Both the position numbers and the translations under genes were made by a program. The notes under the pieces are model-generated. The model was not told the DNA's origin. It searched no databases and worked only from the letters and a program-made list of their open reading frames with translations. A stretch of 64,000 nucleotides of DNA from Lama guanicoe (lineage: Eukaryota). Each line of letters starts with the position of its first letter. Positions within the stretch are counted from its first letter, which is position 1. Positions 40,613-54,944 of the stretch are shown here, one piece after another. The stretch spans positions 5,217,366-5,281,365 of the forward strand of contig MU056050.1 in assembly GCA_013239625.1 (NCBI GenBank). Reading direction: 5' to 3'.

Positions 40613-43600
40613 GAAAAGTGAGTTGCTTCATACAAACAGAAAAATATAAGAACCAAGCTGTTCTCAGGTTTTTTTGCTTTTGCAACATTCTGTGCAAGAC
40701 ATGAAGCAAGAAATATTTTCAGAATTTGAGCACATAAAATTTGGAACACATGCAGTTCTACCAATCAAGTTGTTTTAATGAATGAAGACAGCGGAAATAA
40801 AGTCTGAATATAAAAGGTATTTGAAAATAAACTAACCACCTACTTATGAAAATAAAAATTTAATAAAAGACATGCATCTATTATCTGAGAGATTAAACAA
40901 AAAATGAAGAAGTTATAATATGGAAGAAGCTCTAGTAAAAATATAAATCAGATACAAATAAATTTTCTAAATAATCATACATTTTGGTTGCTAAAATGGC
41001 TGCAAATAATTCTGGGGGTAATAGATAATCAATTGATAACAATGCAATTTTTAATATTGATTGTATTTCTATATTCTACTTCTGCACACCTTTGCTGTCA
41101 TGGTGATTCTGCTTTCAATCTATTGCCTGATTGAAATTTCAATCTCTTGCTTCATACAAATGTGCTTGCTTCTTTTTGGGGGGGATAGAGTCTTCCACTT
41201 GCAACAAGATTTTGGAATTTGTGGATCTTTTTCTCTTTTTCCTTTGCCTGAATTCCAGATGAATTGCTTGAGGGCTGAATTTGCTGGAAATCTGACCACC
41301 CTACCAGTGAAGAGAATTTTTCTATGAGACTCAGAAATTTTTCTACAAGTATAAGAATGAGGAGAAGCCATGGAGAACAAGATGATCAGCCTTTCCTTTG
41401 GAAAACAACAGTTACTCCTTGGGCATGATTTTTACCTCTTCGCCAAAGGGACACTCTAGTTTAACCCAAAATTAAAGTCCTGGAAAGAAAGACCAGAAAA
41501 GGGTAGTTGATAATTCTGGTGTTTCACTGTTTTGCTTCATAAATTGTATGGTTTTTTGTTGTTGTTCTTTCCGATTTTTCTTATGCAGTCTCTTGAAAAA
41601 TACATGTTCAATATTCACATAAAATTAAAAAAAAAAAAGACTACCGATTACTCACTTTTCTCATCTCTAAGAAGATAGGATTATATTATCTGTTTTCCAA
41701 AGTCTTTTGCAATTTGAAAATACTATGATGATTATAGTTTGATAGATATATTTTTCATTTACTATTCAGTGTATTATATTATTACTTACATAAGTCACCC
41801 AATCTTTCAGTTAATTCAGTTCACAGAAAAAAATGTGTGGAAAAGAGACACAGTTGACTGGATTTTTCAATTTTCACTTTTCGACAGGTTATATTTATAT
41901 CATGCTGACACACTAAAATGAAGATCAGTAAAACTAATTCTGTTAGGTGAAATAGAATTGGTTACAGAAATTACATATATAGTATATAATGCAGAAATTA
42001 CATGTAAATTATCTGACATAATACAATATAGAAATTATAATATATAATACAGAAATTATATATGATGCATTACTTATGTATAATTATTATATATAATGCA
42101 TATATATTATAAAACTCAGTCTCTTATTCTAACTTTGATAATGTATTAACACAAAAGTAATATGTGCTAAGGGAAGACAAATTTGAAAATACAGATAAGC
42201 AAAGGAAACAAAGAGGAAATGAAATAAGAAAAATCTATTTTAATTCTAACATCCATAGATAACAATTATTGTTTTAATGTGTATTTTCTTGAATCCTTCT
42301 CTCTCTTTTATTCCCCAACCCTGGTTTACTATACATGCAATTTTGTATTCTGGTTAATTTTCTCAGTATTATATTACAATGATTTTCATGTCAATAAATT
42401 GAGATGTTATTCTCATGTCTCATGCATAAAAGTCCTTGGATTTGATGTATCAATCTATAACATCTTCTGCTTTGGATATTTTAGTTTATTCCAATTTTTT
42501 TTGTTCGAGTGAACACAGCTGTAATGCACAGTTGAGAGAGCTGAAAAAAATTATTCTGACATGTATCTCCTGGCTTTAAACCACTGCTTTAGTCCATATA
42601 ATATCTACTGAAGTAAAAAATATAAAGTAAACATATAGATACAGAAATTATACGTATGTATTTCCTAAACCACTATTTATTCTAACATACTTGACTGAAT
42701 TGTAACTCTTTTTAGTTCTAATTTGATATGCTCTACTTATCATATGCTAAATAATTAGCTTCTCTTTGTCCTTCTATAATTGCTGTTTTGTTCAATTAAT
42801 CTGTATGCTCATATCTGCACTAGTATCACACAATTTTTATTATACTTTTATGCCAAATGATTTTACATTGTATAGGGAATTGCTATAATTGTTGGTGTAC
42901 ACATTGCAGCAGGAAAAATCAACCATGATAAACAGTTCATACATATGATATGTGATAGTCAAGACTGGTAATGTCCTGACAGACGCACTGATAGCTAGCA
43001 AATCCATTTACTTTAATTCATTTTGATGTGACATTTTTACTGATGGTCTTTGTACTATTCTGTTACTTGGGCTGCTGCTCTCAATTAAGAATGACAAGCA
43101 GAAAAGAGTCTCCCTAGATGGAGAAATGCAGTTCTCTGGAGGTACCTCTGATGGTGAATTAAAACTCAGTGAGTCAAGAACATGGTTTTTTACTCACTAG
43201 TCAATCCAAGTGTAATTTGAGAAAGTAGAACTCTTTAACTAGTTCCCTATGCGTGTTTTTCCTGTTTTTGGAATACAATAAATGTTAAGAATACTGTTTA
43301 GTTTGGTTAAAAAAATATGGCATTCAAAATATGGCACTCAGAAGTATTGAACAAAAGGCATTATTTTCAACCTTGTCATTCTATCAGTAATAAAAGAACA
43401 CAAGGAGATGGCTAATAAAAGCAGAGAAATAATATGATGATCTCATTACTCTATTAAGCAAAAAGATACAACGATTAAATAATTGAATTGTTTTCTGTTT
43501 CTTGAAGGTGATTAAAAAAAAAAAGGCACAAGACCTAATAAGATGTGATCTTAACATCTGTATCCATAAGGGCAAATCTGAACTATACTGTGACACCAGT

Positions 43601-44338
43601 ATTTTCACTAAAAAAAAAATCAAGTCCTGAGCCTAATTATAACTTATATATTTGAATTTAAAGTACATCTTTTGTACCTTGGGTTTCAGCAAAAATGTGT
43701 TCAATGACAGAAGAGAGAGTAAAAGAAAGAATAATAAGGAAAAAAATCAGAGAAGTTATATTTGTCCTTTAAAACTTGGAGAAATGTAGATAATGAACAA
43801 TCTTTGACTGGATTAAACAATAGTGTATATATACACTTTTACAGCAATGTTCTTAAATATAAAATGGTTTGTTGTAAACCATTTTAGGTTTGAGATCCTA
43901 TCTCTAATGCTTGACTTTAGCTTGAAGGACTTCTCAGTTCTTACAGCTTACTGGGGATTCAATACTAGGACAAATTGATTAAAGAAGTGAAAATTGATCA
44001 ATGATATCATTAGACAAAGTATACAAAGGATATAATTTAGACCAACTATCCAAATTATGGGCATGCTTTTTGAAGAAAACAAAAACCTTAAAACTATAAT
44101 AAATTAAGATACCTAACAATATATGAATTCATAAGTCATACATCAGTATTTCTTATTATACACAGAATTCCAAAACCTGTACTTTTGAAAGATTGGCTTT
44201 TGGCTCTTGTCTGTGGAACTTCAGTTGCTAAGTACCTCATCTTTGTTATAAGCCAGTTGTTTTGTGTCGCTCTCAGCCTATCAATAGTGGTGCTACCGGC
44301 TAGGAATGGCTGATGTGCTCTCCTGGGCCCATCGTATT

Positions 44339-45148
44339 TGTGAGATCCTCCACAAACATTTTTCCAACCAGAGCCAATCTCATGGCTAGACAGGCCCTTA
44401 AGGTTCCTATTATGATTGCACGATGCACATCAGCAAAAATAAACAAGTGTCTTCTGTATAGCACAAGGAACTATATTCAGTATCCTGTGGTACTCTATAA
44501 TGAAAAAGAATATGGAAACAAATCTATGCATGTATATGTATGACTGAAACATTAAGCTATAGATCAGAAATTGACACAACATTGTAAACTGACTAGGCTT
44601 CAATGAAAAAGAAAAAAATAATAAATAAATTTAAATTAAGTAAAAACAACAACAAAAAACCAAAAACAAAAAACTATCAGGGAATTTTTGGGGGTAGGGG
44701 GGAAAGAGATCTCTTACTCACAGGTCCTGGAGTGTATGTGGCAAGCCCAAGGGCCACAGAGCAAAGTCACAAGGGGAGAAAGAGAGAAAGAAGGCACCAA
44801 CCTGGGTCTCTGCCATTATTGGGGTCCAATAGAGGGATGCCTAAGGCTTCACAGGTTCACTCTATTGGAGTATTTCAAGCATCAGAGTAGGAATTAGGGC
44901 ATGGGAAGGAAAACACAAAGTCATTCAAGTGGTAGTAAACCCTAGGTTACTCAGGGTTTTCTAAAAGGGAAACCTCATGTGTGGGGCAGCCTGGTTTCTT
45001 ATCTAGTTGTTTCACCAGTAGCTGTGACATATAGCTGACAATATGTTTATTTGAGATGGATGTCTTTGAAATGGATGCCCTGGCAATCAAAAGCTTCATA
45101 TCAGACACATTACAATCAATAGGCTTGATGCCAGGCACTTACACAACA
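44339..45148 (-). mobile_element. Probable ERVL solo LTR (MER54/MER74 group), split by an L1 tip
   Basis: TG...CA bounded (tgtgagatcc ... cacttacacaaca), LTR-like composition. Family assignment uncertain. Confidence 0.45.
44435..44674 (+). mobile_element. Young LINE-1 3' tip with A-rich tail
   Basis: 'ctgtatagcacaaggaactatattcagtatc...cagaaattgacacaacattgtaaactgacta' plus an A/AAC-rich tail. Confidence 0.9.
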
Positions 45149-45289
45149 GCAATTATACCAGTGAGGCAACATCACCTTTGCAGAATATGTATTAAAGACA
45201 AAGCAAAAGAAGGACATTGGAGTTTTCAGGACATCTATTTTTCTCCTCTGTTCCATAATTCCCATTACCACTGGAGTTTTCTCTAAATC

Positions 45290-45740
45290 CAACTTTGATC
45301 ATTTGCCCCACGGCTAACTCTCTTCTGTTGGCTCCTGACTGCCTAGAGAATGAAGTTAAAACTCACCCTGATAACATACAATTTATACTCCGATATGATG
45401 AAATATTTTTGATTACTTAATAGCCCTTTTATTTCGATTCATTTATATCATTTTCTAGCTGTTCCATTTGTCCAAAATGTTCTTCTTCCTCTTTGAATTA
45501 GCCTTGGTTGAATTCAAATTAAGGACAGACAACATTTCTATTCCTAAGTCAAGGTTTATTCAACTCAATGAAGAACAAAACTCTTTGCTTAGACTATCAT
45601 AGTATTTTGTATACTTCTATGCTGAATGCATCATAGTCTAAACTTATTATGATTTGTCATGCCTATCCCTGCCCTCGCCACTAGACTGTGAGCACATTGG
45701 AAAATGGGCCATAATGTATTCATCTTTGTAACTCTGCAAA
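45290..45740 (+). mobile_element. LINE-2 remnant
   Basis: 'ggctcctgactgcctagagaatgaagttaaaactc' and 'ccactagactgtgagc...tattcatctttgta'. Confidence 0.5.
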
Positions 45741-46021
45741 GAAATGGAGATTGTTGTACATAGAAGGAAATTATGATTATTAAGTACATGGTTAAGTTTA
45801 TAATACAATCAATTCTAATTATAATATGACAGACAATGATGTGGGAGTAAAGAAGACAATCTTTTACCTAATCCAAGTGTCTTTATTACAAAAGAAGCCT
45901 TGGTTGCCAAACACCAAGGGTTGCAATTTCTAACTGATTGCAGTTTCTGATTGTAGGCATAAGCCATGTTATACAATATTCTTAAAACACCAGGACATAG
46001 CACAGTGTTCTGAAGATAGTA

Positions 46022-46340
46022 CAGGCATACCTCAGTTGTACTGTGTTTTATTGTTCTTTGTAGATATTGTGTTTTTTACATAATAAAGTTTTGTGACAAC
46101 CCTGCATCAGGCAAGTCTATGGCTACCATTTTCCCAACAGCATTATTCTGTAATTCAGCTATGTATACCATTTTTTTAAACACGTAATGCTATTGTACAC
46201 TTAACAGACTACAGTATAGTGTAAACATAACTTTTATACGTACTGGGAAACCAAAGATTTTCTTTGACTCACTTTATTGCAATATGTGCTTTATAGTGGT
46301 GGTCTGCAACCAAACCTCCAATATTTCAGACGCATGCCTG
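46022..46340 (-). mobile_element. Tigger1 internal-deletion derivative (319 bp MITE)
   Basis: TA-caggcatacctc ... gacgcatgcctg-TA termini. Both arms match the recalled Tigger1 ends ('taatgctattgtacacttaacagactacagtatagtgtaaacataactttt'). Confidence 0.88.
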
Positions 46341-47489
46341 TAAACTGCCAATAAATAATTGTTGGTAGTTGAAACGCACCCTACCATAAGCTGATGCAAG
46401 GGTTCATATATCCCCATTCCATTTGAGGATAAAGTTTAAAAAATAATAAAAGCACATGTACTTGCTGAATTGAATAATTCACCGAAGAAAATATAATTGG
46501 ATTAATTATGTTTGCTAGAATTAGTTATTTCCTCAAACATTATAATATTAAGACTATATCAACATATGCTATGGGGCATGCAAGTCATTCTAGGTATTTC
46601 TTCCCAAAGGAATTTAATGCAAGGAATTAAATGCTTTAAGCCATTGCAAGGCTTGGAAGTCAGGTGTAGAGCACGAGCAGCTTTCAGATTCAGGACAGCA
46701 ACTGTGGTAAGGAAAGTGAGGAAACGACTGCAAATGTCACACTTTCCCTGCAGCTCTGACATATGTGACTTACGGAGAAAGAAGTCTGGCTGACTGTGAC
46801 AATTAGTCATGTCTGGTGAACCCAGTATTAACAATTGCTGTCTCTCGTAATAAAGACAAATGACTTCTTTTCCTCTTCTGCTTTCTAAGTCTCTTCCTGG
46901 TGTATCTCATTGACAGAATCTAAATCGAGTCTAGTATCTTAATGGCAAAGATGTGAAAATGGTTCATTAAGGCAAATAGTGAGTCCTTGCAAGATAATGT
47001 CGTGACAACTGTTTCACTTAAATGTGAAGCAACGAGGAGGGCAGCATCTTTTCATGTAGTTTGAATAAACATTAATAGAAGCTTCAGGTCTCCTTCGTTC
47101 ATGCATTCCTTTCTCCCACTCTCACCCACATATCATCTTTCATTTTATTCCTGGACTAACCCATTTGTTACATGAATACATGTAGACCCTAGTTACTGAT
47201 TATCTCAAAACAACTGACTTTATTAGATTTTTCTGACAGGAAAGGGAAAAAACTTTCATGAAAAAGGGTGTTCTTTGGTCTCACCATTCCAGTAATACAG
47301 ACTTATCACTGGTAATTTCCTCAGTCAATTCTAATAATATATTATATCTTGATCACTGTGTCACAAACTGGAAGATCATGAAGTCACGTGGGCGTCCAGT
47401 AATCTGAAGGCCACTGCACTTGTGTTGGCTACATATAAATCATTTAACCATTTTTTTGTTATTTGGACATTCCCTGTGTACTGTGCAAA

Positions 47490-47765
47490 CTGAATGTTAC
47501 TTTATTTGGAAAACAGAATCTTTAAAATGTAATCAAACCCAAAATCTTAAGATGAGATTATCCTGGATTATCTAGGTGGGCCCCAAATCCAATGAAAAAT
47601 GTCCTTACAAAGAAACGAAGAGATTTGAGACAGACAGAAAAATAGACAACAGAGGAAGGGACAAAGAAATGTAAAGATGAAGGCAAATATTGAAGTGATA
47701 TAACCACAAGCCAAAGAACATGTAAAGTTGCCAGAAGCTGGAAGTGGCAAGGAAGGAATATTCCA
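47490..47765 (+). mobile_element. MLT1C/D-type MaLR LTR fragment
   Basis: 'atcttaagatgagattatcctggattatctaggtgggcccc', 'ccacaagccaaagaa...gccagaagctggaagtggcaaggaa'. Confidence 0.8.
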
Positions 47766-47994
47766 AAATTAATAACGTATTTTTCCTCTGTCGGAGAACA
47801 GCAGGAAACTGATTTTGTCTGACTATACTAGAGTGTGGTTAATATGCAACTATGGAGATTATAAGAAGCCAGTGATGAGAACAAAGTGGGGAAGATTTTA
47901 CGTACTATTAATATGCATTTCAAAGTACTCTGAATACATTTTCCAACAAAAAAATGCATACTTTAAAAAATGCTGTCCAGTCAATTTCAGTCAG

Positions 47995-48220
47995 AAAGGA
48001 CCTTAATGATTATCCAATTGAATATCCCATTGAATGATTGAATTTCCTCCTGATATAATAATAGATGGTTTTCTAGCCTTTTCTTTAATACCTGCAGTTT
48101 TACTGAACACACAGACATACAAAGTAGCCCATTCCAGGTCTGGATAGCTCTAATTGATAAATATTTCTTCTTTGGGTGCATTATTTGTGCTTCTTGACCT
48201 TTTTCTCTGCTGGTACTTAT
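47995..48220 (-). mobile_element. CR1/L3-like 3' remnant
   Basis: 'agtagcccattccaggtctggatagctctaattgataaatatttcttc' resembles the reversed L3 3' region. Confidence 0.45.
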
Positions 48221-50631
48221 GGAATCCTTCAAATATGTGAAGTCAGCAAAATGTGCACCCCACCAACAGGGTCTAATTTTTAGATAAATCAGGTTTTCCA
48301 AACAGGTTGTGTATAAATGAACATTTTTGATATAACTGTAGGACTTTACATGTATCTGTAATAAATTTTACTTGGTTAGATTCAACAAATGTTCTGGTCT
48401 ATAAAAATGTATTTTTGGTTTTAACATACTAAGTCTCCTCATTCTAATGTTGTACACAAATGATAACTGAAAGCAATTGATATTTTCCTTAATAACTGGT
48501 AAATATTATTAACAGGAGAGAGGTCTGTTGCATGGTATTAGTGAATGCACTCCAGGTTGATCAGGACTCAAAATTAGCAGTGTCCCTGTGAGGTTGTTCA
48601 ACTAGTTAGAGATCAGCCTAACATTATTATCAGTTAGCCCAGATCTTTCCATCTTTTCCAGAAGGACACAATGAGACACTGATGAAATACAGACATACTA
48701 CGTCTATTGCTCTATTTCCCTGATGTATTAGTCTAGTAGCTTAGTCAAAAATTCAAATGAATGAATGAATTAGTGCTCATTCATCTCAGTTCATAATTGT
48801 CAACAACTTATATAATGATTGATTTTATAATTGTAATGAAATCAAGAGACATGTCACTAAAATGCTATTTCCTTCTCACGAAAAATAAGGACCATTTTTC
48901 CATAGTCACCCTTCTAACCCCTTTCATATGTTTTACAATGAGTAAAAACTTGTTGGCAGCTTCGGTGATGTAATTATTCAAACTGTTCAGAACTCTCTTT
49001 TGTAATTAATTTCGGTCAGGAATCTTGACTACATCTAGAGGAGCCAAGTGCTTTCTTACATTCTCCTGACATATCAGTGGATGCAGTTTTCCATTACCAA
49101 TGTTGATTACATATTTTCTGATCTGAAACTAATGCATCTTACCTGAGAAGATGGAAACATAATAGGAACTGAGTAGTTTTACTTCTCTTCATCATGTATG
49201 AATATCACATTTCCTTCCTCAAATGTCAGATTTTTCCTTTTCTTGTTATATATTTGTCTGCCTGATTTTAGTTTAAACATTATTTTAAAATCTCATTTGG
49301 ATGACTTTATAATTTTCTACTATTTGCCAATTTTACCTTTATACATCATTCCTATTTTATGACAATTTTGAAATATTTGACTTACAAAACATGAACCTAC
49401 ACACAAATCTTATACTTTCCTAAAATTAACTGAAAATGGATCACAGAACTAAATGTAAAACTCAAAACTATGAAACTCATAGAATGTAACAGGAGAAAGT
49501 TTAGTTGAGCTTTGACTTGGTGGCCATGTTTCAGATACAACACCTAAAGGATGCTGCATTGAAAAAAAAAGCATAATTTGGAATTCATTTAAATTAAAAA
49601 CTTCTGCCCTGCGTAGGACACTGTTCGGAGAAAAAAAAGACAAGACACAGAATGGGAGAAAATATTTGCAAAACACATACATCATAAAGGAGTGATACCT
49701 AAAATACCCAATAGAGTCTTAAAACTTAATGGTAAGAAGACAAACAACTCATTTAGAAGTGGGCAAAAGATCTAAACAGACCCCTCAAAATATAAGATAT
49801 ATAGTTGGCAAATAAGCATATTAAAAGATATTCAACATCATAGGACATCAACAAATTTCAAATTAAAATAATGGTGAGATACCACTACAAGCCCACTAGA
49901 ATGTATAAAATCCACAACACTGACAATACCAAATACTGACTAGAATGTGCAGCAACAAGGTTGCTCATTCAGTACTGGTGGGAATGCAAAATGGTACAAC
50001 CACTTTTGAAGACGTACTGGCAGTATTTTACAAAACTAAATATACTCATACCATTTGATCCAGCAATTACAGTACCTGGTGTTTACCCAGATGAGCTGAA
50101 AACTTGCATCCACACAAAACCCTGTCACACAAATGTTTATAGCAGATTTACTCATAATTCCAAAACCTGGAAGCAACCAGTATGTTTTTCAATAGGTGAA
50201 TGGACAAACATACATAGAGTGATATGACCAGACAAAGGGATATCACTCAATGCTAAAAAGGAATGACTGATCAAGTCATGAAAACATGGAGGAACTTAAA
50301 TACATATTGCTAGTGAAAGAAGGCAATCTGTAAAGGCTACATACTATGCAACTCCAACTATATGACATTCTGGAAAAGGCAAAACTATGGAGACAGTAAT
50401 AAGATCAGTGGTTGCCAGAGACTGAAAGTAGGGAGAGAAGGATAAGACTTTTAATGGTAGTGAAATTACTATGTATGATACTGTCTTGGGGCATATATCT
50501 CATTACAGATTTTTTAAACTTAAAGAATGTACAACACAAAGAGTAAATCCTAATGTAAATGATGGACTTTAGTTAATAATTATTAACTCATTAATTTTAA
50601 TCAGACTATGCAAAATGTTAATAATAGGGGT

Positions 50632-51997
50632 CTCCACACAAAAATTACTAGAGCTGATAAAAGAATTTGTTGAGGTAGCAGAATACAAGATTAACATAAA
50701 GAAATCAGTTGCATTTCTTTACACTAACAATGAAATATCAGGAAAAGAAAGTAAAGAAACAATCCCTCTTAAAACTGAATTCAAAACAACAATATACTTA
50801 CGAATAAATCTGACAAAAGTGGTGAAAGACTTATACGTGGAGAGCTACAAAACATTGATTAAGGAAATTAAAGAGTTAAAGAAATGTAAAGATATTCCAT
50901 GCTCTTAGATTGAAAGAATCAATATTATTAAAATGGCCATACTGCTCAAGGTAATCTATAGATTTAATGTGATCCCTATCAAGCTACCCATGACATTTTT
51001 TCACAGAACTAGAATAAATAATCCTAAAATTTATATGGAATCACAAAAGCAATACTGAAGAAAAATAATGAAGCTGGAGGAATAACCCTCCCAGACTTGA
51101 GACAATACTACAAAGCTACAATAATCAAAACAAAAATGCTAAATATTGCTAATTATCAGAGAAATGCAAATCAAAACTACAATGATGTACCACCTAACAC
51201 CAGTCAGAATGGCCATATTTCAAAAGTCCACAAATTGCTGGAGAGGGTGTGGAGAATAAGGGAAGGCTCCTACAGTGCTGGTGGGAATGCAGTTTTCGCA
51301 GCCAGTATGGAAAACAGTACAGAGATTCCTCAAAAGACTACAAATAGACTTACCATATGATCTAGCAATCCCACTCCTGGGCATACATCTGGAGAGAACT
51401 CTAACTCAAAAAGATACATGCACTCCAATGTTCACAGCAATACTATATGCAATAGTCAAGACATGGAAGCAACCTAAAAGTCCATCAACAGATGACTGGA
51501 TAAAGAAGCTGTGGTATATTTACATAATGGAATACTACTCAGTCATAAAAAATACTAAAAGAATGCCATTTTCAGCAAAATGGATAGACCTGGAGATAGT
51601 CACTCTAAGTGAAGTAAGCCAGAAAGAGAAAGAAAAATACCATATGATACCACTCATATGTGGAATCTAAAAAAAAGAGGACACTAATGAATTCATCTAT
51701 AAGACAGAAACAGACTCACAGACATAGTAAAAAATCTTATGGTTACCAGGGTAAAGGTGGTGGGAAAGTACAAATTTGGGAGTTTGAGATTTGCAAATGT
51801 TAACCACTATATATAAAAATAGAGAAAAAACAAATTTATTCCATACAGCACAGGGAACTATGTTCAATACCTTATAATAACCTTTAATGAGAAAGAAAAT
51901 GAAAACAAAAATATGTATATACATGCATGACTGGGACATTGTGCTGTGCCCCAGAAATTAACACATTGTAACTGACTATACTTCAATTAAAAAATAG
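50632..51997 (+). mobile_element. Young 5'-truncated LINE-1 nested in L1MC, with internal deletion
   Basis: TSD taataataggggt at 50619-50631 and 51998-52010. ORFs 50615..50908 and 51275..51670 are L1 ORF2 (KLLELIKEF..., KTWKQPKSPS...WIKKLWYIY.MEYYS). Confidence 0.95.
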
Positions 51998-52035
51998 TAA
52001 TAATAGGGGTAATTGTGGGAGGGGGAAAAAAAAGG

Positions 52036-52271
52036 TGTAAAAAATTAAGAAACAGAAACCTCAATTAAATAGAGTCAGGAGAAGAGAAATGGCAGCTCTC
52101 ACTCAAGTGTGCCAATAACAGAACCCAAAAGAAATAAAGAGACAACTCTTCTTTCTTGGCAAGGACACATCCAATGAAAAGCCATGGACTCTTAATTGCA
52201 ATTCTCTGCTGATCCCAAATAAACTCATTTTGCTAGAGAAATAACTAACCATCTATTTCTTTTAGGTCAAC
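52036..52271 (+). mobile_element. Short (deleted) ERV1-type solo LTR
   Basis: TG...CA bounded (tgtaaaaaattaag ... aggtcaaca) with 'cccaaataaactc' near the 3' end. Interrupts the L1MC tail. Confidence 0.5.
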
Positions 52272-54264
52272 AGAGAATACATTGGGTCTCTGTATTTTCT
52301 ATAAAATTAAAACTACTCCAGAAAATAAAATATATTAACTACAAACAAATGAAGGGACTGAATTGGGTTTACACTTTCTGTCACTTGTAATTTTATCCTT
52401 AAATAAATGAATTCATGGGCGGTCATTCAATTTCCTCCCATTTTATTCACTGTCCCTAGAGTTTCTCATCATAATAATGTAGAACTGTTAGAAAAAAACC
52501 CTGGAATTTCAGGGCACCAGAACCTATTAATTTTATCTCACATATAACACTGAATGTATCCTCTCTTAAAACCTTGCTTTGGTTTTAGTAGTAGCCCTCA
52601 AACTGGTCTTCTTAACTAAGGAAATATTCCCATCAGTCTCTAGTCTTTTCTTCCATCAGTGTTCCTTCTAAAATCCCATATTCATTATTGTAAAATCCAT
52701 TGTTGAAACACATCACCATTTTTTACAATATACATTTTTTCTTAACATGGCATAAAAGGACCAACACAATTTTTCTCATCTGTATTTTGTCTCTCATTTT
52801 TTTAACATACTTTCCACTCCCTACTTATTACATACCACATACAAACACACTCAGAACAGTTTACAAAATTAAAGTCCATATAAATTTATGACTAAATATT
52901 CCATGTTGTGTTGTTTGCTTTCTCCAAAATATGTATTTCTAGGCTATTCTAGCTACAAATCATGATCATTTATTCATTCACATATTTATTTTCTACTTTC
53001 TTTAGGCTAACAGTTTCTTCTGGGAGGAGATACTATCTCCAATGTTACTCACTGCTCAGAACAGTAACTTGTACATAGAAATAAACTGTTTGTAAAACAA
53101 TGTATATTGATTAAATACTATGAAAAACATTTAACAATTTTTGAAACAATGAATAAATGAGAATATTAATCTTTTAAAATATATTGTTACTTCTTTCATC
53201 TTAATAGACAGTTATTTTAAATAAGTTTTATATATATTATATATATATATTTTATCTTCTACAAGTAAGACTGGACTGATCAGAAAAATTTCTTTGAAAA
53301 CTCTGAAACACAAGTACAGTGAGTTATTATCCTTTGCTTTATACCTGTATTTATAAATGCTATTTTCAGCTATTTCTGAAAAATTTTTGAATAACCATAC
53401 AAAATCTAACTGTATTGTCATAAAAAGCTTAATTAATACAGTTCCAAATGTTTTGCCCATTATCATTTTGTACAATATTCCATCAGGTATTTTGCTACGC
53501 ATACATGATACTAGAATGAGTAAAAAAATCTGAGAAATTCAGCTCTGTATTTAAATTGGTAGCATGACAACATCTATATTGCTTGCCCTCCACAAAGATG
53601 TTTTTGTCTCCTTCAAAAAAACAAACAGTATAGTTAAGCCTGAGAATTCTTTAGCAGGCTAATGGTGTAATATCACTACAATAAAAGAAAGATGGGAATT
53701 TTCATTAGAGTCAAGCATTCCACAAGTTTTAAGGAGGTTGTTAATTCTAAGCCAAGTGACTATCATCTATATCCTCCATTTTCCTTACTGAACTGCTTCA
53801 AAATTTCACTGATGTATCATTTCATATTTAACACTCATCAGTCTATTAAGTTCAAAGGCTCTTATTAAAATATTAGTATAAAGATAAATAATATTCTGTT
53901 ACAATGAAATCCACATTTAGTTACTTCTTTTTATTAATCCAGTAATTCCATTAATATATTCTCATTGGACAAATTCAAGCAATAGTGAGTTTTACACATA
54001 AGTATGTTAAATTTGAGCTTTTCCCACTCTGCTACCACCACCTACTGTTAACTGCCCACACTTTTCTCAAGAGGTGATTTTTGTCAATATTCTAGTTACA
54101 CATTTTTCTGTTTTCATATATATATATATATCATTAAACTGGTTTTGACCATACAGATAGTGTTTTGTGATTATTTTTATCTCATTAAAATATATTTTAA
54201 AGGTCTTTTCATGTTACATACAGGTTTATATTTATATTTTAATAATAAAATATCATTACATTGA

Positions 54265-54520
54265 AAGGCAACATAACACAGTGATTAAGAGTGTGAACTC
54301 TGAAATCAGTATGTTCGGATTACAATGCTTGTTAACCACTCACTCCCTGTTGTGAATTATGGCAAGTTATTTAACCTCACCGAGGCTGTTTTCATTCCTA
54401 TCTACTGGAGAAAATAATAGGACCTTTCACTTTCGTGGTCATGAGCACTGGATGAATGAATAAGTGTAAATCATTTATGTCTGAGGTCTATAGTAAATAC
54501 TCATTAAATTTCAGGCATAA
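54265..54520 (+). mobile_element. MIR SINE
   Basis: 'cagtgattaagagtgtgaactctg...ggcaagttatttaacctc...tatagtaaatactcattaaat'. Confidence 0.75.
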
Positions 54521-54944
54521 TTATGACATGGATGGGATGTATAATTTAGTAAATTATTCCACATATTTCTTGAAGTTTTTTTTTACTGTTACAAACAATT
54601 CAACAGTGAACATCTTTGCTAACATAACCTCACCACTTGTCAAATACTACTGGACATTGAATTGCTCCTTAAAGCATACATACATCTTAAATGTTATTAT
54701 ATATATTGTCAAATTGCCTTCTAAAAAGACTATTATTTCATTGATTTGTAGAGGCTGTCTATAATCTCTTGATAAGAACTATCTTCATCTGTTATTAAAT
54801 CTTACCAATCTTAGCTCCAGATTTGTAACTTTTGAAACTTTACATCAATTGTTATTTATAAAACAGAAATTTAATTTTAATTAGGTCAAGTTGTTTAGTT
54901 TTCTCATTAATAACTCTTGGGTTTTGGATACTGTTTAAGATCAA

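Larger units (their letters stand above)
49385..52340 (+). mobile_element. L1MC-type fragment hosting two nested insertions
   Basis: ORF2-end similarity (ORF 49961..50227: PFDPAITVPGVYP, KTWKQP). L1MC 3' UTR runs to 50631, resumes at 51998 and again at ~52272. Confidence 0.85.

Noticed and set aside
41960..42110. Recurrent cagaaatta(c/t)a motif with variable spacers, superficially array-like
   Set aside because: Degenerate AT-rich low-complexity repeat. Units are short and irregular, and there is no CRISPR-like structure in this mammalian DNA
50615..51670. ORFs with clear protein-like sequence (97, 87 and 131 aa)
   Set aside because: Frameshifted, truncated L1 ORF2 remnants. Not a host gene or an active element
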